The notes below the pieces were generated by a model that made no database searches, had not been told where the DNA came from, and saw only the letters and a list, made by a program, of their open reading frames with translations. Shown here piece after piece: positions 31,001-41,173 of a DNA stretch of 61,881 nt. Position 1 is the stretch's first letter; each line of letters starts with the position of its first letter. This DNA comes from Nitrospirota bacterium (GTDB lineage Bacteria; Nitrospirota; UBA9217): NCBI GenBank assembly GCA_963751455.1, contig CAVVUN010000005.1, forward strand, positions 1-61,881, written 5' to 3'. A program made the translations under genes and the position numbers.

Positions 31001-31663
31001 CTAAAATATCCCCGGTATAAAGCGGGCACTCTTCATGGAATAGGGCTCATACTCCGGGAATGCGCCCGCGAGTACCCTTTCTTCCTGCAAGGCCCTGTAA
31101 ATCTGCAAGGCCGTGAGCAGGCAAAATACGGCCATGGTTGAAATGGAGAAGCGCGCCAGGACGACGCCGAGGATGGCGATCAATTCACCCAGATACAGCG
31201 GATGACGAACAACCTTGTAAGGCCCGCTTCGCACGAGCGATCTGGCCTGGGGAATAATGCTGAAACTTCTGCCGAGCACACTGAGCGAATAGAGCGTGAG
31301 GCTCATCCCAAATATCGTAACCAGGTTAGCGAAGAGCATGATATCGGGATTGCTCGCCGGTTTGCTCAATGCCGGTATTGCAAACGGCATAAATGTCGCG
31401 ATTACAGCCGTGGTTTTGGCGATAAACGAGTTCGTGGTAGCTTTGGCGGAACTTCGTATGAGGTAGAGAAAGACCGATAAAGCATAGAAGCATGCGATAA
31501 GCACGCAGTGAATCAGTCTTGCCATTTTAATCGGGCTGACTGAATCCAAAGCTTTTATTTCGCCCGTTAGAACTCGTATATTAATAATCATGAGCAGGGT
31601 GAATATAGGAAGGATTACTAATCTGCCGATATCGATTGTCCGTGGTGCTTGTTTTATGAACAT
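31001..31663 (-). CDS. Isoprenylcysteine carboxyl methyltransferase/Ste14-family membrane protein
   Basis: Multi-TM protein with LVRSGPYKVVRHPLYLGE, EERVL and RFIPGIF. Confidence 0.85.
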   Translation of the reverse strand: MFIKQAPRTIDIGRLVILPIFTLLMIINIRVLTGEIKALDSVSPIKMARLIHCVLIACFYALSVFLYLIRSSAKATTNSFIAKTTAVIATFMPFAIPALSKPASNPDIMLFANLVTIFGMSLTLYSLSVLGRSFSIIPQARSLVRSGPYKVVRHPLYLGELIAILGVVLARFSISTMAVFCLLTALQIYRALQEERVLAGAFPEYEPYSMKSARFIPGIF

Positions 31664-31752
31664 TCAAACTGCTCCCGCATCAATGATATTTAAATGCCGT
31701 TTCTCGCTCCAGTGGGTTCCCTGTTTCGTAAATGCATTTAGTGTATGCCTAT

Positions 31753-31768
31753 AGCAAGTCCGATGCCG
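31753..31768 (-). promoter_or_regulatory. sigma54 promoter of the methyltransferase-flp-tad operon
   Basis: CGGCATCGGACTTGCT, 15/16 identical to the site at 18551. Confidence 0.75.
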
Positions 31769-32247
31769 TGTCGAAAAACTTGTCATTTCAATTCATTTGT
31801 CGGATTTCCGAACAGCTTCTTTGTCGAAATTGCTTCCGCCGGACACAGCAATTCTCAAACAGCCTCTTTTCCTGTTGTTCTTCCTGTCCCTTTGGGACAC
31901 AGTTTCAAAGCCCTTGGATTTAACCAACGGAAAACTATGCATTGCCGCGGAATTTGCTGTATACCGCGGACACGCGGTATACAGCCGGGACTTCGTGTGA
32001 GCTGCTTGATGTGTCACACTATTGATTGAGGACCCGGAGCTTTTCTGAATTTTTCGCGGCCTGATCGGAAGGAGGAATGACGTGAATTGGAGTAATAACA
32101 TCGGCTTGCGCAGAACTGAAGTGTGCTTGAAATAAATTGCACGCCGAGCGGCGTCTATTTTGACGGCACTCATCTTGCTTACAGTTCTTCATCCGCTCGC
32201 TTTTGATGAGCTGAGCGGCATTTTCAAATCAACAAGGAGAGAAAGCC

Positions 32248-32526
32248 ATGAAGGTATCGAATACGGTTGTTTGCCTCGATTGTGATGAATTGTTCCTCGA
32301 AATCCGGGAGTCCTGTCCGTTTTGCGGCAGTCTATCTCACGTTTTTCTTCGCCGTTACTTTCCCTCGCTCCATCAAAACGGAGCAATGAAAAAGTATCAC
32401 GCTAGACCTCTTTTGAAAGACAATGCGGGAACATCTTCGGCAGTCCTTCACAAGCCGGTGCTTGACAACGGAATACCACAAGCGAATCACACATATGCAA
32501 GGTTTTTTGCTCTGTCCCGAAGATGA
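32248..32526 (+). CDS. Small zinc-ribbon protein
   Basis: CLDC-x10-CPFC with an AAGGAGA RBS. Confidence 0.6.
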   Translation: MKVSNTVVCLDCDELFLEIRESCPFCGSLSHVFLRRYFPSLHQNGAMKKYHARPLLKDNAGTSSAVLHKPVLDNGIPQANHTYARFFALSRR

Positions 32527-32542
32527 TCGCCGGAGTCGGACC

Positions 32543-32740
32543 ATGCACGGAGGATTAGGAATTCTGCAGGGGATATGGCTAAAAAAATGCCCGCAATGCG
32601 GGAACCATATAAAGCAGAAGGATCCTGAAGAACCATGCATGTGCTGTGCGTGCGGTTGGGAAGAGCATACCGGCTCCTTTTTCTGTCCTGTGGTCAACAA
32701 TTACTGCTCGGACACGGGAAAGGGTAAAGGCGCCGTTTGA
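32543..32740 (+). CDS. Small Cys-rich protein
   Basis: CPQC...CMCCAC...C...C; GGAG precedes the ATG at 32543. Confidence 0.45.
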   Translation: MHGGLGILQGIWLKKCPQCGNHIKQKDPEEPCMCCACGWEEHTGSFFCPVVNNYCSDTGKGKGAV

Positions 32741-33050
32741 CTCGACATGACTATTTCAAATGCTGCTCCTTCCGTCCGCCGGATTCAATTTTACTTCTCC
32801 GCGATGTGGACGCATTATCGCCTTGTTTATATCCGGGTGAGAAAAATCACTGTCTAAGGTCTTATGGAGCTTTAAACCGGGAAACATGTTGATATGTTTT
32901 ACATGTGCTGCTTTACGGAATCAAATCTCCCCGGAGAAATATACTGAACAACCAACAGATTATTAAACCGAAAACTCCAAGCTTAGTCGGCTAAGTTAAC
33001 GGTGCTTTTCCCTTAATCGGATTTGGCAGCAAAATCAGGCACTAAAGATT

Positions 33051-33066
33051 CGGCATATATATTGCT
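33051..33066 (+). promoter_or_regulatory. sigma54 promoter of the PEP-CTERM gene
   Basis: CGGCATATATATTGCT (GG-N10-GC), about 50 bp before the ATG. Confidence 0.7.
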
Positions 33067-33112
33067 CTATTGATAGCCGTGTTTAAATCCATAATCGAGG
33101 AGGAGCATATAT

Positions 33113-33526
33113 ATGTTGAGCAGGACAGTTTTAACAGCATTTTTCATGTTGGCAGTGCTTCCACTGTGGGGGACGGCAGTCAAGGCTATGCCTTCTCTGG
33201 ATCCGGCAGGTGACAAGTTCAATTGTGCGGGAGCAGACGAAAACCGGATATATTTAGGCGGCCCGGAAAGCCATCGCTTCGCCGATACAAATTTCAGCTG
33301 GAAAAATCTGAGCTTAGTAGGATCAGCAGCATTTGGCCTCGATAAAAAGAAAGCGATTTCAAACGAAGCCGCTTTTGTTACCGCGCTTGGCGCCACTCAG
33401 AAAAACCAAGTTCGGCCGCGCGGCCCCATCGAGGCGCCTGAACCGGGAACGTTTATTTTATTAGGAGCAGGATTTCTCGCCATCCCTGCCTTCGGCCGGA
33501 AATTAAGAAAAAAGAACGCTTTATAA
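33113..33526 (+). CDS. PEP-CTERM sorting-domain protein
   Basis: Signal peptide plus C-terminal APEPGTFILLGAGFLAIPAFGRKLRKK. Confidence 0.88.
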   Translation: MLSRTVLTAFFMLAVLPLWGTAVKAMPSLDPAGDKFNCAGADENRIYLGGPESHRFADTNFSWKNLSLVGSAAFGLDKKKAISNEAAFVTALGATQKNQVRPRGPIEAPEPGTFILLGAGFLAIPAFGRKLRKKNAL

Positions 33527-33542
33527 CCGGGTTTAGTTGATA

Positions 33543-33573
33543 AAAGGAAGCCGGCCCCGGCTTCCTTCGTTTC
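33543..33573 (+). terminator. Rho-independent terminator
   Basis: AAGGAAGCCGG-cc-CCGGCTTCCTT followed by a pyrimidine tract. Confidence 0.65.
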
Positions 33574-33658
33574 ATTCCTCCATAAACTATCCTTCGTTGT
33601 TCTTCAGAAAATTGGCTTTCCAGTTCGCTCTATAACTCTTTTTTGATCAATACTTTAC

Positions 33659-33688
33659 TTGACAAAGAGGCTGAATTAGACATATTAT
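33659..33688 (+). promoter_or_regulatory. sigma70 promoter of the ACT/liv/paaK region
   Basis: TTGACA-N18-TATTAT. Confidence 0.6.
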
Positions 33689-33717
33689 TAAACGTTTTCA
33701 TGACCTAAGGAGTCCAT

Positions 33718-34149
33718 GTGAAAGTCGAGCAGATATCCGTATTTCTTGAGAATAAATCAGGCCGTCTTGCCGATGTAACGCAGCTTCTTGCCGGAAGCGG
33801 AATCAATATACGCGGGCTTGCCCTGGCGGATACTGCTGATTTCGGGATCCTGCGGCTGATCGTAAATGACCCCGAAAAGGCGGAAACTGCGCTGAGGAAA
33901 GGCGGGTTTACGATCGCGAAGAACGAAGTGGTTGCGGTAGAAGTTTCTGATCGTCCCGGCGGACTCGCGAAAATTCTGAACGCTCTTCAGGAAAGCCGTA
34001 TCAACGTGGAGTACATGTATGCATTTATTCAGAAAAATGCAGGCAATGCGATTCTCATCTTTCGGTTCGACGAGATTGAAAACGCGATCGAAACGCTTAA
34101 AAAGACGGGATTAAAAGTCCTGAGCGGCGACGACGTGCGAAAACTGTAG
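33718..34149 (+). CDS. Double-ACT domain protein
   Basis: [13 protein letters not shown]...[13 protein letters not shown]...DRPGGLA...NVEYMYAF. Confidence 0.92.
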   Translation: MKVEQISVFLENKSGRLADVTQLLAGSGINIRGLALADTADFGILRLIVNDPEKAETALRKGGFTIAKNEVVAVEVSDRPGGLAKILNALQESRINVEYMYAFIQKNAGNAILIFRFDEIENAIETLKKTGLKVLSGDDVRKL

Positions 34150-34349
34150 TGTCTCCCCGGCAGCAACCAACCTTAACGTGAAACGGTTATGATGCCCGTA
34201 TCGTGGTTCGGATGCAGCTGCGTCTTGAAAACAGAACCGCGTGGCCGAAACCAGCCTCGTCGCCGTAGCCGAACAAGAAAAACGGACAAACATTTGCGCT
34301 AACATGTCAGATCTTGCGAAAAAATAACAGATAAGGGAGGAGCCAACAA

Positions 34350-35492
34350 ATGAAAAGATTCGGATTTCTTGCAGTAGCGGCAAGCACCATTATCGCCTTG
34401 TGCGCAGCGCCGGCACTGGCAGCCACCATCAAAATCGGCGCTATCCTGGCCGAGACCGGACCCGCCTCGTTCCTGGGAGCACCGGAGGTTAAAACGCTCA
34501 AGATGCTCGTCGAGGACATCAATGCGAAGGGCGGGATAAAGGGCAACAAGCTGGAGCTTGTGATCAAAGATTCGAGCGCCAGCCCTGAAAAAGCGGTTTC
34601 TTTTGCCAAACAGTTGATAGAGGAAGAGAAAGTCTTTGCAATCATCGGGCCTTCCACAAGCGGCGAAACCATGGCGATCAAAAACATCGCCGAGGAGGGT
34701 AAGACGATACTGATGTCATGCGCAGCCGCAGAAGTGATTGTGAACCCGGTCGCCAAGTACGTTTTTAAAACGCCGCAGATGGACCGGGATGCGGTCATAA
34801 AGATCTTCCAGCAGATGAAGAAGGCGGGCATCACGAAGATCGGCGTTCTGTCGAGCAATACGGGGTTCGGCAAGGCAGGCAAGGAACAGCTCGAAAAACT
34901 TGCTCCTGAGCACGGCATCCAGATCCTGATCAGTGAAGTTTACGATAAAGCAGCTACGGACCTGACAGCAGAAGTGACCAAGATCAAGGCTGCCAACATA
35001 CAGGGCCTTGTCAACTGGTCGATCGAGCCGGCACAGGCGATCGTAATCAAGAACGCCCGCCAGATCGGCCTCACGGTACCCATCTTCCAGAGCCACGGGT
35101 TCGGTAACATCAATTATGTGAAGGCTGCGGGCTCCGCAGCCGAGGGCGTCATCTTCCCGGCCGGCAGGCTGCTGGTTGCCGATACGCTCTCCGACAAGAA
35201 CCCGCAGAAAAAAGTTCTCATGTCTTATAAAAAGGAATATGAAGCAAAGTACAAGGAAGACGTAAGCACCTTCGGCGGCCATGCCTATGATGCGATGATC
35301 ATCCTTGAGCAGGCAATCAAGACCGCGGGAGCGGACAAGGAAAAGGTCAGAACAGCCATCGAGAATATCAAGGGGCTGGTCGGAACGGCGGGTGTCTTCA
35401 ATTTCTCGGCCACGGACCACAACGGCCTGGACCTGAACGCCTTTGAAATGCTGACCGTCAAGGACGGCAAGTTTACGGTCCTGGAGAAATAA
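34350..35492 (+). CDS. livK: Branched-chain amino acid-type ABC substrate-binding protein
   Basis: Signal peptide, IKIGAIL..TGPASFLG and IIGPSTSG. Substrate not determinable. Confidence 0.85.
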   Translation: MKRFGFLAVAASTIIALCAAPALAATIKIGAILAETGPASFLGAPEVKTLKMLVEDINAKGGIKGNKLELVIKDSSASPEKAVSFAKQLIEEEKVFAIIGPSTSGETMAIKNIAEEGKTILMSCAAAEVIVNPVAKYVFKTPQMDRDAVIKIFQQMKKAGITKIGVLSSNTGFGKAGKEQLEKLAPEHGIQILISEVYDKAATDLTAEVTKIKAANIQGLVNWSIEPAQAIVIKNARQIGLTVPIFQSHGFGNINYVKAAGSAAEGVIFPAGRLLVADTLSDKNPQKKVLMSYKKEYEAKYKEDVSTFGGHAYDAMIILEQAIKTAGADKEKVRTAIENIKGLVGTAGVFNFSATDHNGLDLNAFEMLTVKDGKFTVLEK

Positions 35493-35643
35493 AATTAATC
35501 ACAGAGCAGAGGCAAGAAACTCTATCCACAGATTACGCAGATTTCACGAATTAAAACCGTTTCTACGCCGTCTTAAAGACGGAATCTGTGTCATCTGCGA
35601 AATCTGCGGATATGTTTTTCCGTGCGTCTTACCTGTGTGTTAA

Positions 35644-36561
35644 TTGATTTTTTGCAGTTATTCGGAGTTTGTTTTGATTGAGCTTTTCTTTCAGTACCTC
35701 GTGGCCGGCCTCACCTACGGCACTATCTACGCAATCGTCGGTATCGGCTTCAATATAATATACAACACAACGGGAATCATCAATTTTGCCCAGGGCGAGT
35801 TCGTTATGCTGGGCGGCATGATCGCTGTCACCCTGCATTCGTTTCTGCCGCTGCCGGTGGCCATCGGCTGCGCTGTACTCGTGACAATGCTGATCGGCGG
35901 ACTCATTGAAATGACCTTCATCCGCTGGCTGGTGAAGCCCGCGGTCCTGCGGATGATTATTATTACCATCGGGATCTCGATTCTCATCCGGGAAACCGCA
36001 TTGGCCTTGTGGGGAGAAGGGGTGCATTCTCTGCCTTATTTTACCGGGGACGAGATTTCGGCTCTCTCTGTGGCAGGCGTACGCGTTTCGCCCCAGGTAC
36101 TCTGGAGCATCGGCATCTGCTCGGTCATTGTTCTTTTCCTCAACCTTTTTTTCAAATATACGATGCTCGGCAGGGAGATGCGCGCATGCGCTGCGAACCG
36201 CGAGGCGGCCGCGCTCTGCGGTATTCCGACCAAAAACATGGTGACCTTCTCCTTTGTCCTGAGCGCGGGCATCGGCGCCCTGGCGGGCTGCGTGGTCTCT
36301 CCCATAACCTATACCCAGTATAATATCGGTACGGGGCTGGCCATTAAAGGCTTTACCGTCGCAATCCTGGGCGGGCTCGGAAACAGCATGGCTGCTGTCG
36401 GCGCCGGGTTGATTCTCGGCATCCTCGAATCATTCAGCATCTGGGTGATGCCGACCGCCTATAAAGACGCAATCTCCATATCCATCCTGCTTGCCATGCT
36501 TGTTCTCAGGCCGAGCGGACTTTTTGGCGACCGTGAGGCTATGAGGTTAAAGGATTTTTAA
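35644..36561 (+). CDS. livH: HAAT ABC permease LivH
   Basis: GIINFAQGEF, GREMRACA.N and ILGGLG. True start is probably the TTG near 35674. Confidence 0.9.
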   Translation: MIFCSYSEFVLIELFFQYLVAGLTYGTIYAIVGIGFNIIYNTTGIINFAQGEFVMLGGMIAVTLHSFLPLPVAIGCAVLVTMLIGGLIEMTFIRWLVKPAVLRMIIITIGISILIRETALALWGEGVHSLPYFTGDEISALSVAGVRVSPQVLWSIGICSVIVLFLNLFFKYTMLGREMRACAANREAAALCGIPTKNMVTFSFVLSAGIGALAGCVVSPITYTQYNIGTGLAIKGFTVAILGGLGNSMAAVGAGLILGILESFSIWVMPTAYKDAISISILLAMLVLRPSGLFGDREAMRLKDF

Positions 36562-36800
36562 GCAAACAAAATCAATCCTACCTTTCAGCAGGAGCAGAGC
36601 GCGGGAATCAGGAAATCTGACAAGAAACATTTTTTCGCGCAAAGGCGCCAAGACGCAAAGAAAGGATATACAAATTCGGTTTTAATTTCGGCTTTTCTCT
36701 GCGAGCTTCGCGGCTTTGCGAGTGTAGTGTCTCTTAAATGGACGGTGTTATGATGATTTCATCGAAAACTTATCTTCGCATAAATATTTGCTGATGAATT

Positions 36801-36867
36801 TGTAGGGCGACCCTTTAGGGTTGCTGCTGTTCCGGCGCTTTCAGCAAGGCTAAAGCCTTGCCCTACA
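36801..36867. repeat. GTAGGG...CCCTAC REP-type palindrome
   Basis: tgtagggcgaccctttagggttgc...gcaaggctaaagccttgccctaca. Confidence 0.75.
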
Positions 36868-36945
36868 AGTTTGGCTGCGGCCTACTGCTGCGCTATGATA
36901 ACACCAGTCGTTTGTGAGACACAACACTAGAGATACGGTTTTCTT

Positions 36946-38028
36946 ATGAAATCTTCCAGATACATACCTGTGCTTTTCCTTGCCGCAGCAGTAACCGTCA
37001 TCCAGATCCTGACGCTTATCACCGGCAAAGGGTTCTACCTGACGCAGCTTACCATGACTGCGTACTATTCGCTCATCGTTATCGGACTTTGTCTTCTCAT
37101 GGGCTTTGCCGGCCAGATCTCGCTTGGGCACGCAGGCTTTTTCGCGATCGGCGGCTATACTTCGGCCGTCCTTACCACCATGAATCTTGCGGCCCGCAAA
37201 GATGAGTCCCTTGTTTCAATGCTTGCTCAGGTCAATGTCCTTGTTGAGCGTCAGGACCTCTACGGCGGCGCCGTTTTGACTGTGCACCCGTGGATCGCAT
37301 GTGCCGTGGCTGTGCTGTTGTCGCTGCTTGTCGCGTATTTGATCGGAATTCCCGTACTCAAGCTCAAGGGACATTACCTTGCGATGGCCACGCTCGGCTT
37401 CGGCACGATCATATTCAGCATCGTGCTCGGAACGCAGGCCTTCGGCGCCGCGGACGGCATTTCAAGCGTTCCCCCGTTTCCACTGCTTCCCGGAATCGGC
37501 GTGAGCGGAGGTTTATCGGTCCGCATCGTGAATTATTATTTTGCGTGGCTGCTCGTTGTCGCGGCCATGCTGCTCCTGACAAACCTCATCGGTTCCCGGG
37601 TGGGACGCGCCCTGCGTTCCATCCATGGCGCAGAAGACGCTTCCAACGCTATGGGCGTCGATACCTCCCGGTACAAGTTGTACACGTTCATGTTGAGCGC
37701 AGTTCTGGCTTCTGTAGCGGGCGTCTTTCTGACGCACTTCAACGGCGGCATCGGGCCGACCGAGGCTTCGATTATGAAGTCGGTACGCTACGTTGCCATT
37801 GTCGCTGTAGGGGGAATGGCAAGCCTCTGGGGCACGCTGATCATGAGCATTGTCCTTAATTTCTTTTCGCTGCGCGGCTATTTCGGTTCGTTTGACGATG
37901 CCGTTTTTGGGGGCATTTTGATTCTGATAATGCTCTTCGCTCCCGACGGGATCATGGGATCGGATGTACGAGAGCTGATAAAGAAGTTGGTACCACGCGT
38001 GAAAAACGAAGCAAGACCTGAAACGTGA
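36946..38028 (+). CDS. livM: HAAT ABC permease LivM
   Basis: AGQISLGHAGFFAIGGY, LKGHYLAMATLGF and SRVGRAL. Confidence 0.9.
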   Translation: MKSSRYIPVLFLAAAVTVIQILTLITGKGFYLTQLTMTAYYSLIVIGLCLLMGFAGQISLGHAGFFAIGGYTSAVLTTMNLAARKDESLVSMLAQVNVLVERQDLYGGAVLTVHPWIACAVAVLLSLLVAYLIGIPVLKLKGHYLAMATLGFGTIIFSIVLGTQAFGAADGISSVPPFPLLPGIGVSGGLSVRIVNYYFAWLLVVAAMLLLTNLIGSRVGRALRSIHGAEDASNAMGVDTSRYKLYTFMLSAVLASVAGVFLTHFNGGIGPTEASIMKSVRYVAIVAVGGMASLWGTLIMSIVLNFFSLRGYFGSFDDAVFGGILILIMLFAPDGIMGSDVRELIKKLVPRVKNEARPET

Positions 38029-38139
38029 ATTTGTAACCACGGATGAACACACCCTGCACTCGCGCTAGCCGCTGGGTGCAGGCTGATAAACACTGATGAC
38101 GGCGATTAATGCCCGTGTGTCGCGACGAACTCGAGACCC

Positions 38140-38919
38140 GTGGTTCTAAAATCTATGTCTCTGCTTGAAGTAAAAAACGTAAGCAAACGCTTCGGGGGTC
38201 TGCAGGCGGTTAAGGACGTAAGCTTCCGCGTTGAGGACGGCAGCATCAAGGCGGTCATAGGCCCGAACGGCGCCGGCAAGACCACGCTCTTTAACCTTGT
38301 TTCCGGATTTCTGTCTCCTGATTGCGGCGGAATTCTTTACAAGGACATGCCGATCCACGGCCGGACTCCGCACGAGATCGCCTGGCAAGGCATGTCGCGC
38401 ACATTCCAGCATATCCGGCTTTTCGCGCATATGACCGCGCTTGAGAACGTGATGGTCGGACGCCACGTCAGAAGCAGAGCCGGATTTATCGCGGGCATGC
38501 TCAATCTGCCGTGGACCAGAAACGAGGAGCAGGAAATCCGTGATAAGGCGCTCGAAACCATGGACTTCCTGGGCATTGCCCAGCTTGCCGGATCCAATGC
38601 AATGAGCCTTTCATACGGCCAGCAGCGGTCCGTGGAACTCGCACGGGCTCTGGCCGCGGCGCCCTCGATGCTGCTGCTCGATGAACCGGCTGCAGGACTG
38701 AACATGCGCGAAACAGCGGACATCGCACGGCTCATAACCAGGATACGCGAACGGGGAATAACCGTTTTGATCGTGGAGCACGACATGTCCCTTGTCATGA
38801 ACATTTCCGACGAAATCGTCGTTCTCTGTTACGGCGAAAAAATAGCGGACGGCGCCCCCCGGGAGGTCCAGAACAACCCCGAGGTGATCCGCGTGTACCT
38901 GGGAGATGACAATGCTTAG
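38140..38919 (+). CDS. livG: HAAT ABC ATPase LivG
   Basis: GPNGAGKTT, SRTFQ, LSYGQQR, LLLDEPAAGLN. Likely start is the ATG at 38155. Confidence 0.92.
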   Translation: MVLKSMSLLEVKNVSKRFGGLQAVKDVSFRVEDGSIKAVIGPNGAGKTTLFNLVSGFLSPDCGGILYKDMPIHGRTPHEIAWQGMSRTFQHIRLFAHMTALENVMVGRHVRSRAGFIAGMLNLPWTRNEEQEIRDKALETMDFLGIAQLAGSNAMSLSYGQQRSVELARALAAAPSMLLLDEPAAGLNMRETADIARLITRIRERGITVLIVEHDMSLVMNISDEIVVLCYGEKIADGAPREVQNNPEVIRVYLGDDNA

Positions 38920-39676
38920 GATCCGGAACCTGGACGCAGGGTACGGGGACTTGGCCGTTCTCCGGCGCGTCTCGCTTCATGTGAATCCGGGCGAAATCGT
39001 GACGATCATCGGCGCGAACGGCGCGGGCAAAACCACCCTCCTCAAAACCATTACCGGGCTGCTAAGGCGGCGCGCCGGCGAAATTGTTTTTAACAGCAGG
39101 GACGTGTCTGCGCTTGCCACGGAGCAAATTGTGTTCGACGGCTGTTCGCTGGTACCCGAGGGAAGGCAGGTATTTCCCGCCATGCCCGTCAAGGAGAACC
39201 TTCTCCTCGGCGCCTACGTGCAGTTCAAGCGTGGCAACAAAAACGTTGTCGAGCGGGAGCTCGAGCACGTGTACAGCCTTTTTCCCGTGCTCAGCCAGCG
39301 GGAAAACCAGCTGGCTGGAACGCTGTCCGGGGGAGAACAGCAGATGCTTGCGATCGGCCGGGCGCTGATGGCGCGTCCCAAACTCATCATGCTCGATGAG
39401 CCGTCAATGGGACTGGCCCCCCTGATCGTAAAGGAAATCTTCAACATCATCCTGAAGATCCGCGAGGAGGGAAACACCGTGCTGCTCGTGGAGCAGAACG
39501 CGCGGAGCGCACTCAGGATCGCTAACCGCGGCTACGTGCTTGAAACGGGAAGGATCATCGTCGAAGGCGAGGCCGAGGACCTTCTTGCGAACAGGGACGT
39601 GCAGAGGGCGTATCTGGGCCGGGACGTCCATGAAGAGTCACGAGGGGCGAGGGACGAGGGACGACAGAAGCTTTAA
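38906..39676 (+). CDS. livF: HAAT ABC ATPase LivF
   Basis: GANGAGKTT, VPEGRQVF, LSGGEQQMLA, LDEPSMGLAP. Confidence 0.93.
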   Translation: MTMLRIRNLDAGYGDLAVLRRVSLHVNPGEIVTIIGANGAGKTTLLKTITGLLRRRAGEIVFNSRDVSALATEQIVFDGCSLVPEGRQVFPAMPVKENLLLGAYVQFKRGNKNVVERELEHVYSLFPVLSQRENQLAGTLSGGEQQMLAIGRALMARPKLIMLDEPSMGLAPLIVKEIFNIILKIREEGNTVLLVEQNARSALRIANRGYVLETGRIIVEGEAEDLLANRDVQRAYLGRDVHEESRGARDEGRQKL

Positions 39677-39739
39677 ATCTTTTATCGTCCTTCGTCCATC
39701 GTGCTTCATCCATCGGTTTTTTAAACTGCGGAGGTGCGT

Positions 39740-41037
39740 ATGTACTGGCAGCCCGAATGTGAATGCATGGACAGGGAGGAGCTTGAGCAGCTCCAACTCG
39801 AGCGGCTCGAATCCACCCTGAACCGCGTGTACAGAAATGTTCCCTTTTACCGCAAGAAGTTCGATGAGCTCCGGTTCAATCCTGACGACCTCCGCTCTCT
39901 GGACGATCTTCGCAAGCTGCCGTTTACGGCCAAGAACGATCTGCGGGAAAACTACCCGTACGGCCTCTTTGCGGTGCCGCTCAGGGAAGTGGTGCGCGTC
40001 CACGCTTCATCGGGGACGACCGGCATGTTCACGGTCGTGGGCTATTCGCGGAACGATATCAAGACGTGGTCAAACCTGGTTGCGAGGGTCCTGGCAGCCG
40101 GGGGAATAACCAAGGACGACGTTATTCAGATCTCCTTTAATTACGGTCTTTTTACAGGCGCCTTCGGTCTTCACTACGGCGCGGAACGTCTCGGCGCCTC
40201 GGTGATACCCATCTCGAGTGGAAATACCAAGCGGCAGATCAAGATCATGCAGGATTTCAAGACAACCGCGCTCGTCGGTACCCCGAGCTATGCAATGCTG
40301 ATCGCGGACACCATGATGGAGATGGGCATCAATCCGAATTCGTTGTCGCTCAAATACGGCCTTTTCGGGGCTGAGCCGTGGTCGGATGCGATGCGCAAGG
40401 AAGTCGAAAACAAGCTGAAGATTATTGCCACAGACAACTACGGTCTTTCAGAAGTGATGGGCCCGGTGTGGCAGGTGAATGCCTCGAGCGGAACGGCCTG
40501 CACATCGCCGAAGACCACTTTTACGCGGAAGTGATCAACCCGGAGACGCTCGAACCGGTAAAGCGCGGGGAAGTGGGAGAACTGGTGATCACGACCCTGA
40601 CGAAGGAAGCGTTCCCGGTAATCCGCTACAGGACCCGCGATCTTACGCGCGTGATAGAAGACCAGTGCCCGTGCGGCCGCACCATGCGCCGCATGACGCG
40701 GGTCTTCGGCAGGACGGACGACATGCTGATCATCCGGGGAGTGAATGTCTTTCCGCAGCAGATCGAAACCGTGCTCTTTGAAGTCGATGGTGTCGCTCCT
40801 CATTACCAGATAGTGATTGACCGTAAGGGCGCGCTTGACGAGACGACCGTGAACGTTGAGGTCTCTGAATCGATGTTTTTTGACGAAATGAAAAAGCAAA
40901 GCGAGCTCAGGGAAACGATCAAGAAGCGGCTCGCTTCCGAGCTCGGCATCTCGGTTGATGTGAAACTGGTTGAAAAGAAAACACTGGAGCGGTTTGAAGG
41001 AAAAGCCAAGCGGGTCATAGATAATAGAAAATTTTAA
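39740..41037 (+). CDS. paaK: Phenylacetate-CoA ligase family, split by a 1-bp deletion near 40462
   Basis: [17 protein letters not shown] and [11 protein letters not shown], continuing in another frame as GVAGEC...IRYRTRD...[16 protein letters not shown]...GKAKRVID. Confidence 0.9.
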
Positions 41038-41173
41038 AGGAGAAAAACGCAAAGCAGAGCGCAAAGCGCATAGAGCGGAACGCAGAGGGGGGAGCGGAGA
41101 TATTTTACGCTTTGCGCTATGCGCCATGCGCTATGCTGATTCTTGCGCCATGCTCTATGCGCCATGCGAAATC

